A stretch of 64,000 nt of DNA from Girardia tigrina (GCA_001938485.1 MQRK01227159.1:62001-126000), one strand, 5' to 3'; positions 13,501 through 28,500 are shown, counted from the stretch's first letter. Translations and numbers: made by a program. The notes: generated by a model not told the origin, from the sequence alone.

Positions 13501-16500
13501 TTTCCCTTCACGCTTTTTCTAATTTTGACAATGTGACTTTGTCATGAAATAAAGGGTATTATAAAATCTATAAACCCAATTTGATCGTTTTTCGTTCAGA
13601 GCTGGCTATAAACGAACTAATTTCAGTAGGTAAATTGTGTCAGTTATAGCTTTATGCGATACCAACAACTCATAATATATAACTTCTTTCTAATCCAACG
13701 ATGTACGAAGTATAACTTTGGAAGCATGGATATTTTGTTTCGCATTGAACCGTATTTGCCCAGTTTTAAACAATTAAATTTACATTTTGAATATATTGTT
13801 TCGTCTTAAAATAGCAGTCAACCAGTCAACCGTGTCTTTTGCTGGCAATTGGCATGGGACCCATAATTCAATTTCTTAGTTTTTCGAATTATTCCCAGTG
13901 CTTCAAAGTTTGAGAAACACATGATTGAGGGATGTTTAATGTAATACCCAATTCTGATAGCACATGGCAATGATCTTCGTCCAGCAATGTTTCTCATTTT
14001 TCATCTAGAAATTTTCGCGTGGGTTTTCCAGTTTATTGTTCTCTTCATACAAATCATAATTTTTAAACCCTTTAAAGCACTCTATGAAAGTGATATTTGA
14101 TGGAGAGTGTTCATTTAAAACAACTACTAGCAAAGGATTAGTTTCCTCTCTCCTTTTCTTTGTTATAAAATAATGAAGTAAAGCTTCCCGGAAATGTTGT
14201 TTTATTCAGATGAGAATCGACATTTTCAAATGGATAAATATAATACTAAAAATTAATAAGCAAATGAATAAATGATCATAAAAGCTCCCAATTACGCGTT
14301 TCATTTTTATTCATCAGTAATATGAAAATTTAGCTAATTTACATTTCACTGATCGAGATTTAAAGTAATTTAATTTTAAAAAGGTTAAAATTAAATATTA
14401 TGAAAACTTTAATTAAATATTAAGTTTAAATACATTTAATATTAAATGAAAGTTTTTAAATTAAATATATAAAAATTAAATATGGTATTGGATGCATTAA
14501 AATTAGATATGTGTTGAGTGTTTGGAGTTGGATATTTGAAGTTAAATATTATTAAAATTAATTATTTAAAATGAAAAATGATTTTTAAAAGAATTGTAGT
14601 TAATTAATTTTTAAAGTTAAAAATTTAATAATTTTAAATATTGATCGACTTAAATATTTCTTTATTGTAAAATTATTAGAATATTTTAGGATGAATAAAA
14701 GATTATTTAAATAATAAATATTAGTTAAATGGTAATTAGATGAAGAAATGAAGCGAAATTTGTTGAAATTTCGTATAATGAAAATTATTAATTGTGCTAC
14801 TACTAATATTGATGCAACGAACAATTACGTATGTAAGGATAAATAATTATATGATATTTATATTATCTTTATTATATTAAATATATTACAATAATGGATC
14901 CAGAATATTCAAATTAATCTCTTGAATTTGTTTAAATAATATTAACAACTCGTGTAATTTTTAAATCACAAATATATATTTTCTGTTTTATAATCGTTTA
15001 TTAATTATTATGGAATCATCTTACAACGTAAACAAATCCAATATTTTTCCCTCACCATTTCTGATTTTTTATTATAAAGTAACACAATTTAGCAATTTTG
15101 ATGGTTATTTTAAAATATTTGTCTCACTACTTTATAAATAAGGTTTTAATAAGCCAATTATTAAAATACGGGTAAACGAAAGGAAACACTAATGTCATAA
15201 TATTTGGTTGCCCGGAAATTTCGTACTGAATTTTTAAGTATGACACATATATGTCAGAATATGTAAAAATCATAGAAAACATGTGAATGGTTTATATAGA
15301 AGGAAAAAATGATAGTCTGGTGCATTTTTAGAAAAAAAAGTTTTTAATTTTAAAAAATTTTCTTTAAGTTGATTTTTATCTGCTGCGCACCGATTTGAAA
15401 ATAGAAGAAAAAGGGATCATTTTCGGAAGTTGATGCTTCTCTATTTAAGAAAGTCAAGAATTCTATTTAAGCAAGAAACAAGACATCTGCTGTTTATGAA
15501 GAACATGTTTTAGCTAACATGTGGTTTTCTAAATTCAGAGCTGCTTATTTCTATCTCAAGAGCGCACTCGAAGTTTCTCCAACATTGATAAGGACAAACT
15601 CAAAATCCTGATCGAGACTCATGACACGACTGGTGAATTAGCATAAATACTGAAAATATCGAAAATCGCACAATTAGTGAAGCACAATTACGTATATTAC
15701 AATTAATCGGTTCCGCATAATCTGAGTAAAAACAAATTTTATTTATCGTATATCCATTTGTGATTCGCTTTACAAAGACAACGAAAATGTACAATTTTTG
15801 AAGATGATAGTGACGGGGATGAAAAGTTGATCTCTATAACAATTTGAAGCGAAAATAATCTTAAAATAAGCCAAATGTACCATAATTACACTCTGTGTGT
15901 GGTGGGATTTCAAATGAATTCTGTATTACTAACTCCTACCAAACAACCAGACGATTAATTCAGTCATCTACTGCTCCTAAATGTATGCATCTAAGACAGA
16001 GATCCAAGAAAAACGCCCGGAATTAGTGAACAGGAAAGACATTGTGTTACATCATGACAATGCCAGACCACGTCTAGTATTGGCTACTTGAAAAACGTTT
16101 TTGGGCATTGGCTGGAATGTCCTACCCTACCAACCATATTACTCCGACATTCCCCCTTTCGACTATTACATATTCAGGTAACAGCAAAATTCTTTAAACG
16201 GCAATAACTTTGATTTGTTTAACATCTCCTCTTGAACAACTTTTCATAGAGAAACCTGAAAAGTTTTGGAAGGATGAAATTTTCGAATTTCAAGAAAGAG
16301 AGCAAAGATTGTAAAAAACATTGTGTTTACATTACTAATTAAGAAATTGTCTATGCATAAAAATTTTTTTATGGAATTTCTATTAAAAATCCGCACGAAG
16401 CTTCTGGGTAACCTAATAGTACAAAGAATAAAATGATCAAAATCATAGAAATGGAGAGTATTATAACATTTTAGGATGATTATTCTTCAAAATCTTTAAT

Positions 16501-19500
16501 CAACAAAGTTAACACACCTTATTCAACGTAAGCATAGATATAAACGGTTTTTTCGTGTAAAAATAGTCTTCAAGAATTTGGAAAATATTTGTTTTATTCA
16601 TTTTTATTTTGAATTACAAAACAAACATTACAATGTTTTAACTATTATATTGTTAATAGTCCGAACTTGTGCAAATATCAGTCCCAAATTTATCTCAAGG
16701 AATTCATGAAAATTTGTATAATTCAACAGTTAAGGAAGAATCGGAACCGTCAGATTCATTAACCATAAACACAGACAACCTAGGAAATCTCAGAATTGAA
16801 TCCGAATCTGTAAAAGTATCATTATCAGGTATTTAATATATTTCTTATTTGATGAAAACTTTATCCTATTTCTATGAGATATCTGCATACTAATTACTTT
16901 CTTTATAAAAGTATAGTTTTATTAGAAATAATCTTTTTTTGGAATAAATAAACATAAAATTAATATTTCATGAATCACTTTTTTGTTGTTGTAATAGTAA
17001 ATGTTTTTACAAAATTCTTATAAACATGTTTTATAATTGTTAGGGGTGTTTTGATGAAATTAAATTTTTGAATATTTAAAACATAAACTCATATTTATAG
17101 TTAAAATATACACAAATAATTTATTTACATAAGTTTTAATAGGGTAATGTAAAAAAGAAATTTTAAGTGAAAAGTATTTTACAGTTATTGTTTAAAATAA
17201 AAGTAAAAAATAAATAGTTTACGAAATTAATTTTAGCATTTAAATTTACTTTGAAAATGATTTTTAATATCTAAAATCAAACTGCAGATTAACAAAAATT
17301 GTAAATAAATTTTTAGTTTATTATATGTAGAGATATTAATCTCATTTGTTTGAATCGGTGATTCATCACTGTACTTTTTGTTTTCGAAATAAATCTTGCT
17401 GCGACCGCCTTGCATTTTGCTTTCTTACATTATACAAAACTTTCAAAATAAAATCAATGTTAAATCATTAATTATTATATTGATATTTATATTTAGAATT
17501 TTAAAAAATGTGGTTTAGGCAAATTGAAAATAGTGTTCTTCATAAATTTTTTTGTAAAATTAAATATGTAATTATGGTGCTGGTCTAAGGATCAAGATGT
17601 GGAGACCATCATCTCTTCTATGTGCGAAAAATTGTCGCTCGACGGACGGATCGGCCGTCTAGTGCTGACCAGAATTCGAATGGACCCGGCTGGCTCCGGT
17701 CGGTGCGCCGCTAAGTCTCTCGGCCGAACCGCCGCGGCTCCCAGTTACTGTGGCCGCCGATAATATTCGATATAACGGATGATCGTCTCCATTCGTCGAA
17801 TCGAGATCCGGGAATGCAGTTAACGTGGCCGCTGAAATACACCGGGCGTCGCCGAATTGTGTGGGGCGATGGCCCAAGTGATCCCGTCTATTTCCTCTGT
17901 GTATGGATATTTTCAAATGAATACATTGAAAAATGACAAAATAATACCGAATAATCACATATTTATTTCTTGAATAACACCATTTAAATTTGTACACTTT
18001 TATTATTTTGTATTAGTTTGATAAAACAAAAGAAAATTTTTTGTTAAAATTTTCATGAGCACCACAGTGATAGAAATAAAATTTAGTCATGAACATTGAT
18101 CTTAATCACGAACCCAATAATAATCTTTATTATAACAGTTTGTGTCATTCTCTGAACAACAAGTAAGGAAACTTTCAAAAATCGACATCGTTCTTGATTG
18201 AAAAATAAAAGAGACTGTTGAAATCTTTATTATTCGAGCAAAATTATTTAATTGATTTTAATGGTAATAAATTTCTTACTTTTCTAATTTTGAGATTTAA
18301 GTCGATTTTCCCATAACAAATTATTTTCAAATTTTTCAATTTTTTTTCAAATCGATTTTGAAAAAGTAATAATAAATCAAGATTTAAGATTATAAGTTCT
18401 GTTTATATAGTCTGGATCATAAAATACTCAAATATATCAATCAACCTTCTTGGGATGAGAGAGACATCTACCGAAAACAGAATACAAAAGGCAATATTCC
18501 TAACATGACATATTATTTAAGTAAAAGAACTAAGGTTTTCTATTTTAGATATCCTAGATAACCCTCCTTAAAATCCCTATCTTGCTCTCAGCGTATAAAA
18601 GCATATGAAAAAAACATTCTACCAATATAATGCAGATTTGAAGCAGGGTTGGAAACTTTTTTTAAAAGATTAAAACCAAATTTTCTTAAGGGGAGAGAGG
18701 TGTTCCACAGAATTTTATAGTAATTTTTACATTTCTTTGCTGAATAGATCAGTGGAATGGTTTGAATCGTAAACACCAAATTTTGCGAGGATATAAAAAG
18801 AAACTTCCTCTATCAGGCAAACTGAAAATTTTTTTCTTAACTGTTGACAGAAAATATTTTACAGTTCTTTTTGCAAACAGTGGACATGTATGCGTCAAAG
18901 ACTCATAATTTAAGGGATTTATTTTTTATAAAGGCATTTATTTTATTAAAAAAGCTTAAGAGCTTCATGTTATACAATGCAAAATTTCGGTCTTAAGCAA
19001 CTAAATGTCGTTATTTCTATGAAAATGACAGTTAAAATTGAATAATATACTTTTTACTTGTAGAAAGAGTTAAAATTTGAAAAACTAAAATTTGGATTAG
19101 ACTGATTTTCTACAGGAAAAAAGGTGTACTGCTGAAATGGAAAAGGATTTTTTCCTTCTTTTCAAAAACATTAAATATTTGTTAATTATTACGTATATTT
19201 ATAGGGAACTGCATTTACGGAAACTATTTGGTTTGCCAAAAAGTCATTGCGTTTTTGAGTACGTCATAATAAAAAGCTTGAAAATATAAAACCATGTGAT
19301 AAAATTTAAATTCAATTATATATTCTGAAACCTTAATTTTCAGACTGTTTATACAAAATATTAATTGATTTTGTTTTAATTTATTACTTTACCGTCAATT
19401 CGAAATGGAAAANNNNNNNNNNNNNNNNNNNNNNNNNNNNNNNNNNNNNNNNNNNNNNNNNNNNNNNNNNNNNNNNNNNNNNNNNNNNNNNNNNNNNNNN

Positions 19501-22500
19501 NNNNNNNNNNNNNNNNNNNNNNNNNNNNNNNNNNNNNNNNNNNNNNNNNNNNNNNNNNNNNNNNNNNNNNNNNNNNNNNNNNNNNNNNNNNNNNNNNNNN
19601 NNNNNNNNNNNNNNNNNNNNNNNNNNNNNNNNNNNNNNNNNNNNNNNNNNNNNNNNNNNNNNNNNNNNNNNNNNNNNNNNNNNNNNNNNNNNNNNNNNNN
19701 NNNNNNNNNNNNNNNNNNNNNNNNNNNNNNNNNNNNNNNNNNNNNNNNNNNNNNNNNNNNNNNNNNNNNNNNNNNNNNNNNNNNNNNNNNNNNNNNNNNN
19801 NNNNNNNNNNNNNNNNNNNNNNNNNNNNNNNNNNNNNNNNNNNNNNNNNNNNNNNNNNNNNNNNNNNNNNNNNNNNNNNNNNNNNNNNNNNNNNNNNNNN
19901 NNNNNNNNNNNNNNNNNNNNNNNNNNNNNNNNNNNNNNNNNNNNNNNNNNNNNNNNNNNNNNNNNNNNNNNNNNNNNNNNNNNNNNNNNNNNNNNNNNNN
20001 NNNNNNNNNNNNNNNNNNNNNNNNNNNNNNNNNNNNNNNNNNNNNNNNNNNNNNNNNNNNNNNNNNNNNNNNNNNNNNNNNNNNNNNNNNNNNNNNNNNN
20101 NNNNNNNNNNNNNNNNNNNNNNNNNNNNNNNNNNNNNNNNNNNNNNNNNNNNNNNNNNNNNNNNNNNNNNNNNNNNNNNNNNNNNNNNNNNNNNNNNNNN
20201 NNNNNNNNNNNNNNNNNNNNNNNNNNNNNNNNNNNNNNNNNNNNNNNNNNNNNNNNNNNNNNNNNNNNNNNNNNNNNNNNNNNNNNNNNNNNNNNNNNNN
20301 NNNNNNNNNNNNNNNNNTGAAGCTACCGGAAAGGTGGAAGAAAGTGATTGAAAATAATGGACAGTATATCGTGTAAAAATATTTGTGCATCCATGTCATT
20401 TTTTGATAATAAATATTTTAGTAAAAAACGCTATGAATTTTTGGTCAACCCAATATATTCATTACAAAACTTATTATAGTTAAAAAAAATTGTGTAAATA
20501 AAGTAATTTTAATATTTAAAAAATAAAAAAAACCGAGACATCCTGTTCGGAAACAGTTTGAAAATATTACTTTTAGATAGAGAGGCTTTTATTATTTTTA
20601 TTAAATTATTTATTATTTAAATTTACATAAAACGATAGTATTTCTAACAGTTTTTTATTCAATAATTTAGCGGACGAGCTTAATACAAGTGACAAATCGA
20701 AAGACAGTTTAGAGTCAAAGTTCGCGGACAAGTTACAAGACTTCATTAAGTTTGATTCAATGGTTCGTTTATTATTTCATTACTAAACATTAAATATGTC
20801 ATTATTAATTTTAATAATAAAATTATAAATTTTGAAGGAGAGATAAATACCACTTCACTTATTATCCAAATGTTGCATGTAAAGTCTTTTTGTAAGATAC
20901 TTTACGTATAAATAAATTTTAAAATTGTATTTTAAATTTTAATTTCGAATAAAAATCAATAAATTACAGATATGTGATACCTGTTTTCATTTTAACAGGG
21001 TATTTTGCCATTTGTTAAGCGCCCTAATAAATAATAATGTACAGGGTGATCATAAAGTAACTACCCCGGTTTTAAACTGCAACAACTTTTTTGGCAAAAC
21101 ATTATGAAAAATGGTTTTAAATAACAAAAAAGCGTTTATTAAAATTTAATAATATTCAACAGAATAACCATCGACATCAATACAATGTTTAAGGCATCCA
21201 TGAAAAGACTTAATGACATTTTGGCACATTTCACCATCTATTTTTTCCGCTTTTTGGCAAATTAAATCTTTAAATTGCTGAACTGTTTCTGGTTTTCTCT
21301 TATACACTTCATTCTTCAAATACCACCACACAAAAAATCGAGTGGTGTCAAATCAGGTTACCTGGCCGGCCATACATATGTATCACCTTGTGTATTAAGA
21401 CATATTTAAATTTTAATTTATTGTTGCAATGAAATTCTAAACAACTTTTTCTATTATTAATTATCGTATAGAATTAAATCTGTGATTATATAAATAGAAA
21501 ACATGCTAATAGAATGAAGCAAAAGCGTTCTGGATTGCTCGTTCTTTATAATGCGTAAATGTGAACTGCGCTGTTGTTCGGAATGCATTTCAGATTCCAA
21601 AATTTTTGATGTTTACGACGACAAATACATCAAAAATCGGACTACATAAACATGTCGGCAGTATGGACTCGGATTTAGCTGCATCGAAACTGCATCTCAT
21701 TAATCACTACAGAATCATGTCGGAATTTCCTCAGGGAATCCACTTTGACTCGCTAGAGGGACTTTGGAGTTTCACGTTGTGGATGCCCGATATTCGCGAG
21801 TAGCGTTTAGGTTTCTTGAAATCATGAAAAATACATTTGAATTTGGTAAAGGAAAAGATCAAGTTTTGATATTTTGTTCAGAGAAACATAAATTTAAGAA
21901 ATATTTGCTTTTATTTTCTGATTTTGTTAATTCTGCATATAAATGATAAATGACGATTGTGTGAGGAATATTTTGTGAATGTTGTATAAAGATTTATTAA
22001 CCGTCCTCAAATTCAATTATTCAATTCTTGTCATTTTTAATACTTGGAAAGGAGACCAAATTTTCTTATTTCTTGTATATTAGTGTGTCTTCGAATATAT
22101 TGGTGTGTTTGTGGTTTGCATATGTGTGTTTTTGTATGTATATTTATTTTTTCTGCTCGCTTCCAATATTAATGCATTTTTAAAATTAGCATGTTATATC
22201 AAAATGAAAAAATGGTTCATTTTCATTGGGGAGTTAACATTTATCTCGTTAGTTTTTTAATTATTATGTATAGAGTGACCTATTTAAGTGGAGAAATGCC
22301 CTATTAATAAGAAAACGGGTATATTAAGCATAGCAAACACTTCCAGTAAAGAAAGATAGGGTTACAGTCTTTTAGGACATCAAAGGCGTAATATTGGCCC
22401 ATGTCTTGCCCAATGGACAGACAATGACTGTCATAATCTGCTGTTCATTTCAGTTCAAATGAATATTTAAATTCAACAAGTCACGAAGATACACAAAGAA

Positions 22501-25500
22501 TGAATGCCTATATTTCCATCACGAAGTCTTTCATTACACTGTAGATCTCAGATATCGGATTACTACTGCTCCCACATCATACTCCTCTGATTGTGTCCCC
22601 TTCAACTTCTCTAAGTTCTCATGCATGAAGTAATCCCAACGAGGAAAGAATGTCCATAATGCTGAGTAGGCTGAGAGGAAAATAACTTCTAATCTCCTCG
22701 AAAGATCAACATGTATTCCTAAATGACATAAAAAGCTACCCAACAGCTGGCAGTGCTGTATTGATCATGGAAATAACTATTTTGAGTATTTGAAAGACTT
22801 TGATAAATGAGTTGTGACTGTTCTTTTGTTTTATTTAACTGTACATCAAATGTTGGTGAAAACTTCTCAGTCAGACATGTATATAATGATTGAAATCAAT
22901 TCAGTCTGAAATAAATTACAAGTTAATATAATTATTTAGATATTTGGATTTTAAAGATTCACGTTATGTTTCATATTTCTGAATGATAATACTATTTAAT
23001 TAGAGTTTATATATTTGCTCCACTGTAAAAGTCAATTCAAGTTGTATTTTCCAGTAGATCATATTTCCTATCAACGTGGTGACTATTTGTTGAGTCACTA
23101 AAGTTAATACATGATGGTTAGAAAAAAGTATTCGCAGAATATCGCGGTGAGCTCCGTTACGGCCCTCCGCCGTCTCGTTTGTTTGCCTCTGTTTCAGAGA
23201 AATGATTAAGCAATAACGTGCGCCGCCCCTCACTTCCTTAGTCACAGATAATTTGTAAATCGGTCTCCGACAATCACTGTGAAATAACTCTGATAAACGA
23301 TTTCATACAGGTTTTTCTAAAATGAGGATATCCTTTTGGCTAAGGAATTCATTTTTGATGCTAGCATCATTTAAGTCATCGATTAATACCGACCAATCGT
23401 CGTTTGAACATTTTACAAAAATTATCTCCAATAAATAGTGATTAAGTTTTCGAAGAATTAATTCTTCAGATTGAATCAGATTTTGAGTGAACGATAATTT
23501 CAGTACTTTTCCCAATATGAAATTGGACAAACACTCTTGCTGCCCAGACGATATACAATTCCATTCGTAAGCCACGGAGTCAATCAGATTTTTTTAACGT
23601 AGTCGTTGCGTACATTCAATTATGTACAAGCTATCAGAATAGTCAAACCGTAAATTGTGTACATCTTTCTGTTTCTTCTCTTTGTACTACTTGGATGTTC
23701 GTAGTACGATTACCTTGGATTTCAATGATCAATTAATAAATGTCGTTGTAGCCATTCATTAGTTTTAATAAGTTTTGTGGCAGTTCTAAATGGGACATAT
23801 GAATGAACCGCCACCTCTCTATATCATCGGCGCCGTGGCCAGATGCACATTCTTAATGTGTCTTGTGAGTTCCTTCTGATCAGCAAATTTTTTAAAGCAA
23901 GAAGGGAATGCGCAAGAAACAGGGTAATATACAATGTTGACTCTAGATTATGTCTGCGAATTCATCGAATATGTTACATCATTTTGAGTTGATCTCTTAA
24001 CTAAGGATTTGCTGTCCCGCTTGTTAAAAGAAAAGACTTCTAAATTTAAAGTGCTGAGAGGAGAAGAAGAAAACTTTGAAAGATTGTTATTTCTGCATTT
24101 TCAGACAGATTTCGAAAAACTTATCCAAATGCTATAGAAATCACAAAATAGTATTTTAGAACGGTTTCTATTCATTTATGATGTGTGAATTTTAATTTTT
24201 TATCGGTTTTATATTAAGAAATCATTGACTAAAAATAGAAATTTCGTTTTCATTTATTGTTTTCATTCTTGGTAGCTTGGATTCGAATATGAAGAATCTT
24301 TTCTCGAAAAATGTTCAGAATATAAATTTGTACTCCATTATCTATGATTTTATTATGTAAATAATTCACAATAATAGTAATATATTTTTGAAGTATATTT
24401 TGTATGTTTTCTTATTATTTATTGTTTATTAATTTTCAGTCATTACCTCCCGGATTTGGATCTTGCCACACACCATCGTCTTCAAAAATGAAACTCAATT
24501 TACTCGCTCCACCTTCGTCTCCTAATTTTACTCATGCTGACTTGTCTTTGGATAATTATTCAAATTGGTCAACTTCATCATTATCTATGAATATAAATAA
24601 ACTAGCCCCAATAGCAAGCTGTGAAATACTTTCCGAAGATCGTTCTTTTTCATCAGACGATGATGATTTAACTTTCAGATCACTTTTAAAAACCACAGAT
24701 AAAGAAACAGGATTTGAAGAACTTTCAGTGGTATTTGTATAGTCAATAATTGGAAATGTTTCATGATTTTCATAGATTGAACAACGTCAAAAGATGTATA
24801 ATTCTCAAAAATCGTCATCGTCTTCTCCTGATAAAAACGATAAACCCAACAGTCTGGAATCGTCTAGTATTGTCGGCAAGTTAAGTGAACATTTTAAACA
24901 AAGTAAGTACCAAATAAAATGCAAATTAATTTATTGGAATTAAATTTTGCTAATCATAAAAATGAATTAATTGTGAATATTAAAATATTAATTTAAAATA
25001 AACCCGTGCCTGTGTACACAATCTGTTCAAAGTTACCATAATGTTCCATTTTATTTGCTTGTTTATGTACGTATTGTTTTTCAAGTGTTCCTTGAAATAT
25101 ACAAACTTTTATTTTCGATTTCAAATCAGAAAAAAATGCAAACTCTGTAAACTAGACCTTTTACCCTACCCCATTCATATTTTTCTTCACAAAAATCTTT
25201 TTTGTGTTGTATCTGTTGCTATGCAATTCAGTTTGTTATCTTCAGTTTATACAAGTAACAATAATGTCAAGAAAAGGAAGTTGGTTATATGCTTCCATTT
25301 CTGTAGTAAATACAATATTCTGATGAAAACCATTATTAAATTTTAAGACTGGTTCAATTACCGCGCATGATTTTCATCAGAGTGTTTTTATATGTGATCT
25401 TCTTAATAAAAAATTTATCCCTACGTTTGTTCTTATTGAGAACCCTTTGTGGCTCAATCTTTTGAAATATTGCATTCATCATTAATAAGAAACAGCACTT

Positions 25501-28500
25501 TTTTGCAAAAAAATAAGAAGTTCTTTCAATGCCTTTTTGTTCAAATAAATCTTGTTCCAGAGTCGAATTTTTTTCCATAATTTTTCACACAGATTTATAG
25601 TTTCTTCGGTGAGTACATTTGTAAATAAATTAGAGACATCAAATGAAGTCATTCATTCAAAAAAAGTAATTAGAGTCACACAAATGCCTAAATGTATCAT
25701 AAGAATATAGCTATAATAAAATGACTACGTGAATTAAAAAATTTGCTCTGATATATAAATGTAGATATATCATTATTTATTTCGTCTGAGGACGAAGGTA
25801 GATCCTTCTTAATTGTTAAACATAAAATTTCATGAATATTATATGAATTTGAAAAATAAGTTACCGACATTGTTAAAATATGTAAATGAATATATATATA
25901 TATATATATATANNNNNNNNNNNNNNNNNNNNNNNNNNNNNNNNNNNNNNNNNNNNNNNNNNNNNNNNNNNNNNNNNNNNNNNNNNNNNNNNNNNNNNNN
26001 NNNNNNNNNNNNNNNNNNNNNNNNNNNNNNNNNNNNNNNNNNNNNNATATATTATATATATATATTGAGCTCAGTAAAACGTAAACGTTTAATTTTTGGG
26101 TAAAAAATAATTGAAACCATTTTTCATAAAAAAAATTTATTAAGTTAAATGTGCCATTTATCTGTCATCTTGATGATAAATTGAGTATTCCATTCTCCCA
26201 GAACGTTTTTGGTTTCAGGTTAAAAAATGGTTCTAAGTTTATCTTACACTCTCCTAAAGAATGTTGTTTTTTTCCGTTTATATAATTTTGAAGAGATCTA
26301 AATAAATATGAATCATAAGGTGCTATGTTGGAGGAATAAGGTGGGTAATGCAGAATATCTCAGCCAAACTGCTACAATTTTAGCCGTGTCGCTAGAGACA
26401 GGTGATGCCTAGCGTTACCTTGATGGACAATTACACCATAACGATTACATCGATTGCCACCTTTAATGAATCCAGTTGCGCACAATATTTAGTGGAATTA
26501 ATAGTTTCGTTTGGAGAAAGCAATTCGTAAAACATCACACCTTTAAAATCCCACCATATACACAACATAACCTTTTTGGTATGAATATTTCTCTTTTCTA
26601 TTGTTTGTGCAGATTCACCTCGTTTTCCCTATGACCTTTTACGCTCCATATTATGGTAAACAACACATTTTTTATCACTTTGTATCATTTTTTCAGAAAT
26701 GGCATCTTTCTGTTTCTTTTCATCAATAAGTCCCAAATAAACACGTGTTCCATTAAGTTTTTTGACTTAAAATATTAAATATCCAAATATCGTATCGATT
26801 AATGTAACCCAGAGCTAATAGCTGGTCCACAACTTTTTTTTGGGATACTTTGACTACTTTTGCAATTTTCCGAGTCGTATATCGTGAATTATTTTCAATC
26901 AAAGTCTTGATTTGATCATCGTCAACTACTAATGGTCTACCAGAACGCTCACTACATTGACGTGAGGTATCATCAGCACGAAATTTCGAAAATATTGATT
27001 CATATTCGATTATATTGATTCGTATTACAATATCTTCACCGTATACGGAACAAATTTTATTTATGGTTTGTAATGCATTTTTACCTCTGCGCCCATACAA
27101 AATGATATTTTATTTATTTAAACATAAGTATCTTAAAACACAACTTGAAAACTTTATGTTTCTATAATCTATGTAGATTCTTCAAACAAAATGATGTGTT
27201 TATGCAAATTGGGCTCTTATTGTCATCTATCAGTAAAAAACGAAATTACTTTTTTACTCAATCCAATATATTGCAAATGTTTTATCACAAAATCTTTATA
27301 AAGTAACGAAACTAAATGTAATATTTTTTCTAGTAAGCTGTCCGAGTTATATTACTTCTCCAATAGCTGCAAGAACACAAATACAACTTACTGATTACCA
27401 AGATGTCAAACCCCACAGTTCCTATTCTACTATTTCATTACCTTCTAGTCCTAACAAACAATTAAATAAATCGGTTGTCAACCCGATAAAATATAAGGTT
27501 TTTAAATAATGCTTTTATTTCTTTTTATTTAAAAATTATTAATTAGGTTGAGCCAATTGTTATACCAGAAGCTAATTTATTAGATCACAAATGTATTGGA
27601 GCAAGTTCCACTCCATCTCAATCAAAAAATCCCATGACTCCAAACAGAATTATATCACCTGCAAATAGTCCAAAGTTACCGGTGAAAGGTATATCCGTAA
27701 CTCCCAAAAGATCTGTTTTAACAATATCATCAAGGACTTCTTCAATGCCTACTCCAACTCAAGTATTTTAATAATACTTTTAAAAAAATGTTTACAAGAT
27801 TTTCAGAGCAATTTGATTGCCGTGTCTCCCAGTAGTAATAATCAGTTTCCTGGATCTAGTAATTTAACAATAACCACCAGCAAATCAAATACATCCTTTG
27901 TTGATTCGGGAAAATCTAGGGGACCATCAATTACAGAAGTTTCTCTTTCACCGACTTATCAAGAGTCAATTCCTTCAAGCAATCTGCATCCTCTTGCCTC
28001 AGCAGCTTTAAATCTATCTCCCAGTACCACAACAATGTACCATCATAGACAATCTTCACCTAAATTAATTGAAGCACCCAACAGAACAAGATCTTCCGTT
28101 GTTTCTTGTAAGAAAAATAATAAATTCTATAAATATATACACCCATTCTCATTTAGTTATGCCATGTAGGCATTTGAATAATTTCCTGTAAGGATAATAA
28201 GAATATATGTAAAATGTAAAAAATAATAAAGTTACCAATCAGAATCGACCTTGTAAGCATTTATATAGATCATGCATCGTTTGTACATGTCAAAAAGATA
28301 CAAAAATAAATTACACACCATTTATTAAGCATTTGCTTATGACAGCTCCCACATTTTAAAAAATAACGAGAAGAAGTATATTTAAAAATATTGACGTATA
28401 ATGGCCAGATATGAGTAGCGTAAAAATCCCTGCAGCACAATTATAGGTGGGAAATAATATCCCTAAACTAGTGCCCTATAGAACCTGTATCTGTCAACGA

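Noticed and set aside
17659-17997. 112-aa minus-strand ORF over the GC island
   Set aside because: No recognisable motif or splice context; open frames are expected by chance in GC-rich DNA.
19395-20399. Long ORFs made of X residues (also 50776-51675 and 25813-26103)
   Set aside because: Artefacts of N runs; only the mariner-sense frames are meaningful.
25040-25600. ORFs 25041-25346 and 25354-25578
   Set aside because: No interpretable motifs; probably decayed TE sequence that I cannot classify.
28157-28187. Possible micro-exon (ag...gtaagg) after exon 27807-28107
   Set aside because: The 31-nt version breaks phase with exon 31279 and the 18-nt version introduces TGA; direct joining is in frame.
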